In this document: positions 60,948 to 64,000 of the stretch, in pieces | Layout: the number at the start of each line of letters is the position of its first letter | Numbering within the stretch: position 1 is the stretch's first letter | NCBI GenBank assembly: GCA_009914755.4 | Contig: CP068257.2 | Coordinates: 36,992,001-37,056,000 of the forward strand | Direction of reading: 5' to 3' | DNA length: 64,000 bases | Source of the DNA: the human T2T-CHM13v2.0 reference genome, Homo sapiens | The notes under the pieces: model-generated | Told to the model about the DNA's origin: nothing | Seen by the model: the letters and a program-made list of their open reading frames with translations, nothing else | Databases searched by the model: none | Made by a program: the position numbers and the translations under genes

Positions 60948-63002
60948 GGTTTTTTATCGTGGAACGTTTGAGAAGCGCTGCGGTAAACCACAGCAAGCCC
61001 ACAGGCCCCAACACCATCTTAGAAAGAGACTCAAGCAAAGAGTTACAGAGCATTTTATCCAAGGGAGACCTGGCCCTGCCTAGAGACTGTTTACTGGATC
61101 AGACTTAAAGCGCTTACCAGGTCTGGTAATAAAGCTAACATTTTTCCTGCTAACCAGCAGGTGGGGCACAGGAGGAAGCTCAGATTGACTAAAACAATGA
61201 CTCTTTCTCTGCACACACAAGTTGTGGTGTGAATTAAGATTTGTAACTCCTATATGTGGGTATCTGGGTCTGCCACAATCTGGGTCCAGGTTTTCTTTCT
61301 AATTAAACGCCCATCACTTTCTTACATGAATCTCCATAGGCCCAGAATTCTCTCCCGAATCCTTTCTGACCATGCACAACCTACCATTCTTATGTTTGCC
61401 CCATCTGGCACAGCATCAGAAAGATACTCCATCTTAACAAATCTCTATTGATTTCTTGGCCTTTGGTATCACATTCTGAGCCTCAGGCAACAGTGTTTGT
61501 GACCCATCTCACTTCCTAGTACCTACCTATGACCAACATAATTGACTCTCACCCTAGATCCCACTGGTCCACCTCTCTGAGTTCACCCACAGTTGTAGTG
61601 GACCATTCACTCACATACTGACAGGTTCTTGGCATGAGCATCTCTGGCTTCTCTGAAACAGGCTTTCGCTGGGGCCACTGAAGCTTGTTCAGCCTTTGTG
61701 CAAAGCATCCCAGAAGGGCTGAGGATGGGCTACCCAACTCTCGACCCATAAGGGAGAGCAGTTGGTGAATCAATGCCCCAGCTCCTCACTCCCCAGAGGC
61801 ACAACTCTGAAGTTCATTCCACAGGATTCCTCGGAGGCTTCCCATGCAATCAGGCCTCGACTGTCCACTGAAGCAGTAATGAGCTTCTCTTAATTGGCCA
61901 GCCTCCCTTGTTCCTGTTCTCCACTCCCTCACTTTTGCTTCCTGGGGTCACTTTCTAGGTGAACTACCTGAACCCAGAGTCTTGTCTCAAGTATTCTTTA
62001 AATGGAAACCAAAAAAAGGCACCATCCCAATGGGCTTTTTGTTGTCTATGTTTGCCCAGACTCTTATTCTTCCAGCATTGGTGCAGAACCAAACTGGCTT
62101 CCAGGTGGAAGGCGCCCGTGGACCTGATCCAGGAGGAGACCAACAGCCAGGTGATATGGCCAAGAAGAGCTAGAAGCACATCTCTGTGGAGAAATGAGCC
62201 TTGAGTGATTCAGAGGCCTCATCCTCTTGCAACCTGACTGATGAAGCAGCTAGTGTCAAAGAAGATGGCAACTCTGTCACTTTTGCCTAAAAATACCCAA
62301 AGCTCCCTGTGATCCAAGAGGCCCTCATCTTTCCAGCTGTCACCACCAGCACAAACAGGAGACAGCCCTAACCCCTTACACACCACCTGATTTTTTTCAC
62401 TCCTTTGTAGCTCCTTAGTAATCACTTTAACCAAGGAGGCAGAGGAAAAGATGGTACAAAGAAATACAGAAAAGTCAGGATACAATACAGATGATGTAAC
62501 TCTGCCTCACCCATTGGTGACTATAACTGCCAGAAGACTGAGGGTGTTGGGGAAAGCGAGTCCCCACCCAGGACTGAGCACAACTCCCAAGGCACGCGGC
62601 CCCACCGAGTACTGAGCCTGTAGGTGCACATCCGTCTGTCTGCGAAGGTCGGAGAGAAAGGGAAAGAAAGCACTGCAAATAGGAGTGTTCAGTATTTCTC
62701 ATGCAGCCTCTCGCACAAGCAGGGTGCACTCTGTTCCTGAGCTATTTCACACGCTCTTCCATTATGGAACTCAGCACACAATCTTGATGATGTTGGTCTC
62801 TGTCTCCTGCCAGCCCGTGTGTTTCTTGATGGCAGGTTTGTCTTATTTATCTTAGTACTCTCAGAGCCTGGCACATGGGAGATATTGAATAAATGTTTTT
62901 CAAATTAGGTTGCAATAAATTAAATTGGGTCTACTTTGGCTCAGATGAAAATACACTGGAGATAAAAACAAAGCGTAGTGCAGTTTGTATGAGTTGTTCT
63001 GT

Positions 63003-63075
63003 CTCTCTCTCTCTATATGTATATATATTTATATTTAGTTGTAAGAAATATAAATATAAATTTATATGTACACAC
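63003..63075. repeat. (CT)6 then (TA)-rich low-complexity region with a perfect 12-bp inverted repeat
   Basis: 'tctctctctctctatatgtatatatatttatatttagttgtaagaaatataaatataaatttatatgtac'. 'atatttatattt' and 'aaatataaatat' are exact reverse complements separated by 9 bp. Confidence 0.75.
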
Positions 63076-64000
63076 ACACTTCCTTCTGAATTGGTCTGAG
63101 TTGAGGCAAACCAATGTGTGTTCATTCCATTAATCAGTCAGGTCCAGTGTTCTGTTCATTTATAACTATATTCAATAAAGGATTCTAAATCATCATCATA
63201 GAAAGACAACCCCAGAACTCAGGGCCTTGCAGCCCAATTCCAAAGAAAAGAAAATGTGAACTTTTTCTCCAAAGTGTTAAACTGTAAGGAGTGGTTTCCC
63301 CTGTGTGTTACTTCTGGGCCCACAATTGAGTGCCAAATTGCTAATGAATAGGTAGACCGTGTTGTCCATTTACCCTTGGCAATTACGATTAAAGTTACAT
63401 ACTTTTTATGATATCCTCCCCAGCCCCCAGAATAAGCCATGACAGCCACACCTTTCCCCCTGAAATATCCCCTTCATTTTTCACCCGCTCTGTGGCTATT
63501 CCTGGGACTGAGCCCCTTTTCATGAGTTCCAGCGGGTCCCCATCAACCCCCAAATCCCACCACAGGCCACATCGTCCCAGACCAGACCACGTCTGTTGAG
63601 CTAGCTGTCTATGTGAGTCTATCACCAAAGTAAGTTACATTCTTTCACTACCAAAGTTACTGGGCCTTTTTTTTTTTTTAACAATCCTTGGAAATGATCC
63701 CAGCTTAAAAAAGAACGAAACTCTCAACAGTCAGCCAAATACAACTGTTGAATAATTTAAATGAGAGCTACTAAGTCTTTTGAAAACAACCCCAACCCTG
63801 TGTTCTCTGATGTGAACAGGAAAAAAAAAAATTATGCACCAATGTGCAGAATTTGAGCCTATGCAGATGGCATGTTTTGCACCGTAGACTGCTGTTACTG
63901 TTTTGGCCAACGCGTTCCTATGGGATGCTGAGTTTTGTTTGTGGATTGATCTCTAAGTTACTTTATAGTTGAATCTATCATCATATTTTCCTGGGATTTT

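Overview
This window is primate (human-type) nuclear genomic DNA, not a prokaryotic locus. Most of it is AT-rich and CpG-poor and is a mosaic of recognisable primate interspersed repeats. I found no CRISPR arrays, operons, tRNA/rRNA genes or defence islands, and nothing that looks like the promised undescribed system in the prokaryotic sense.

Repeats seen directly in the sequence:
- Nine or more Alu SINEs in both orientations, including a young AluY nested inside an older Alu with a 16-bp target-site duplication.
- Several LINE-1 3' ends, including one short young L1PA-type insertion with TSDs.
- Five solitary THE1/MST (MaLR) LTRs, all on the + strand, one of them nested inside an L1.
- MIR fragments.
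- Microsatellites: (GT)n, (GA)n, (TGGAC)n, (AAAC)n.
- A ~1 kb CA-rich higher-order repeat (14.1-15.1 kb).
- A 33-bp-unit minisatellite (44.67-44.97 kb).
- Several local tandem duplications and a 17-bp perfect inverted repeat.

The one region with gene-regulatory character is a ~1.7 kb CpG island at 51.8-53.5 kb. It carries GC boxes, a CCAAT motif, a (GGA)n polypurine tract and a TATAAAA motif. Canonical splice-donor motifs face away from each other on its flank (minus strand at 53415, plus strand at 54013). Immediately downstream lies a motif-dense AT-rich element full of TAAT-type homeodomain cores. I read this as a probable, possibly bidirectional, promoter of an unidentified gene or lncRNA, perhaps a developmental regulator. 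I cannot name the gene from sequence alone.

A second statistical oddity is a ~2-4 kb block around 40-42 kb that retains CpG dinucleotides (observed/expected about 0.7) at only ~43% GC.

I could not support any protein-coding exon. Essentially every ORF in the six-frame track is explained by repeat translation or GC-rich stop-poor sequence, so I call no CDS.
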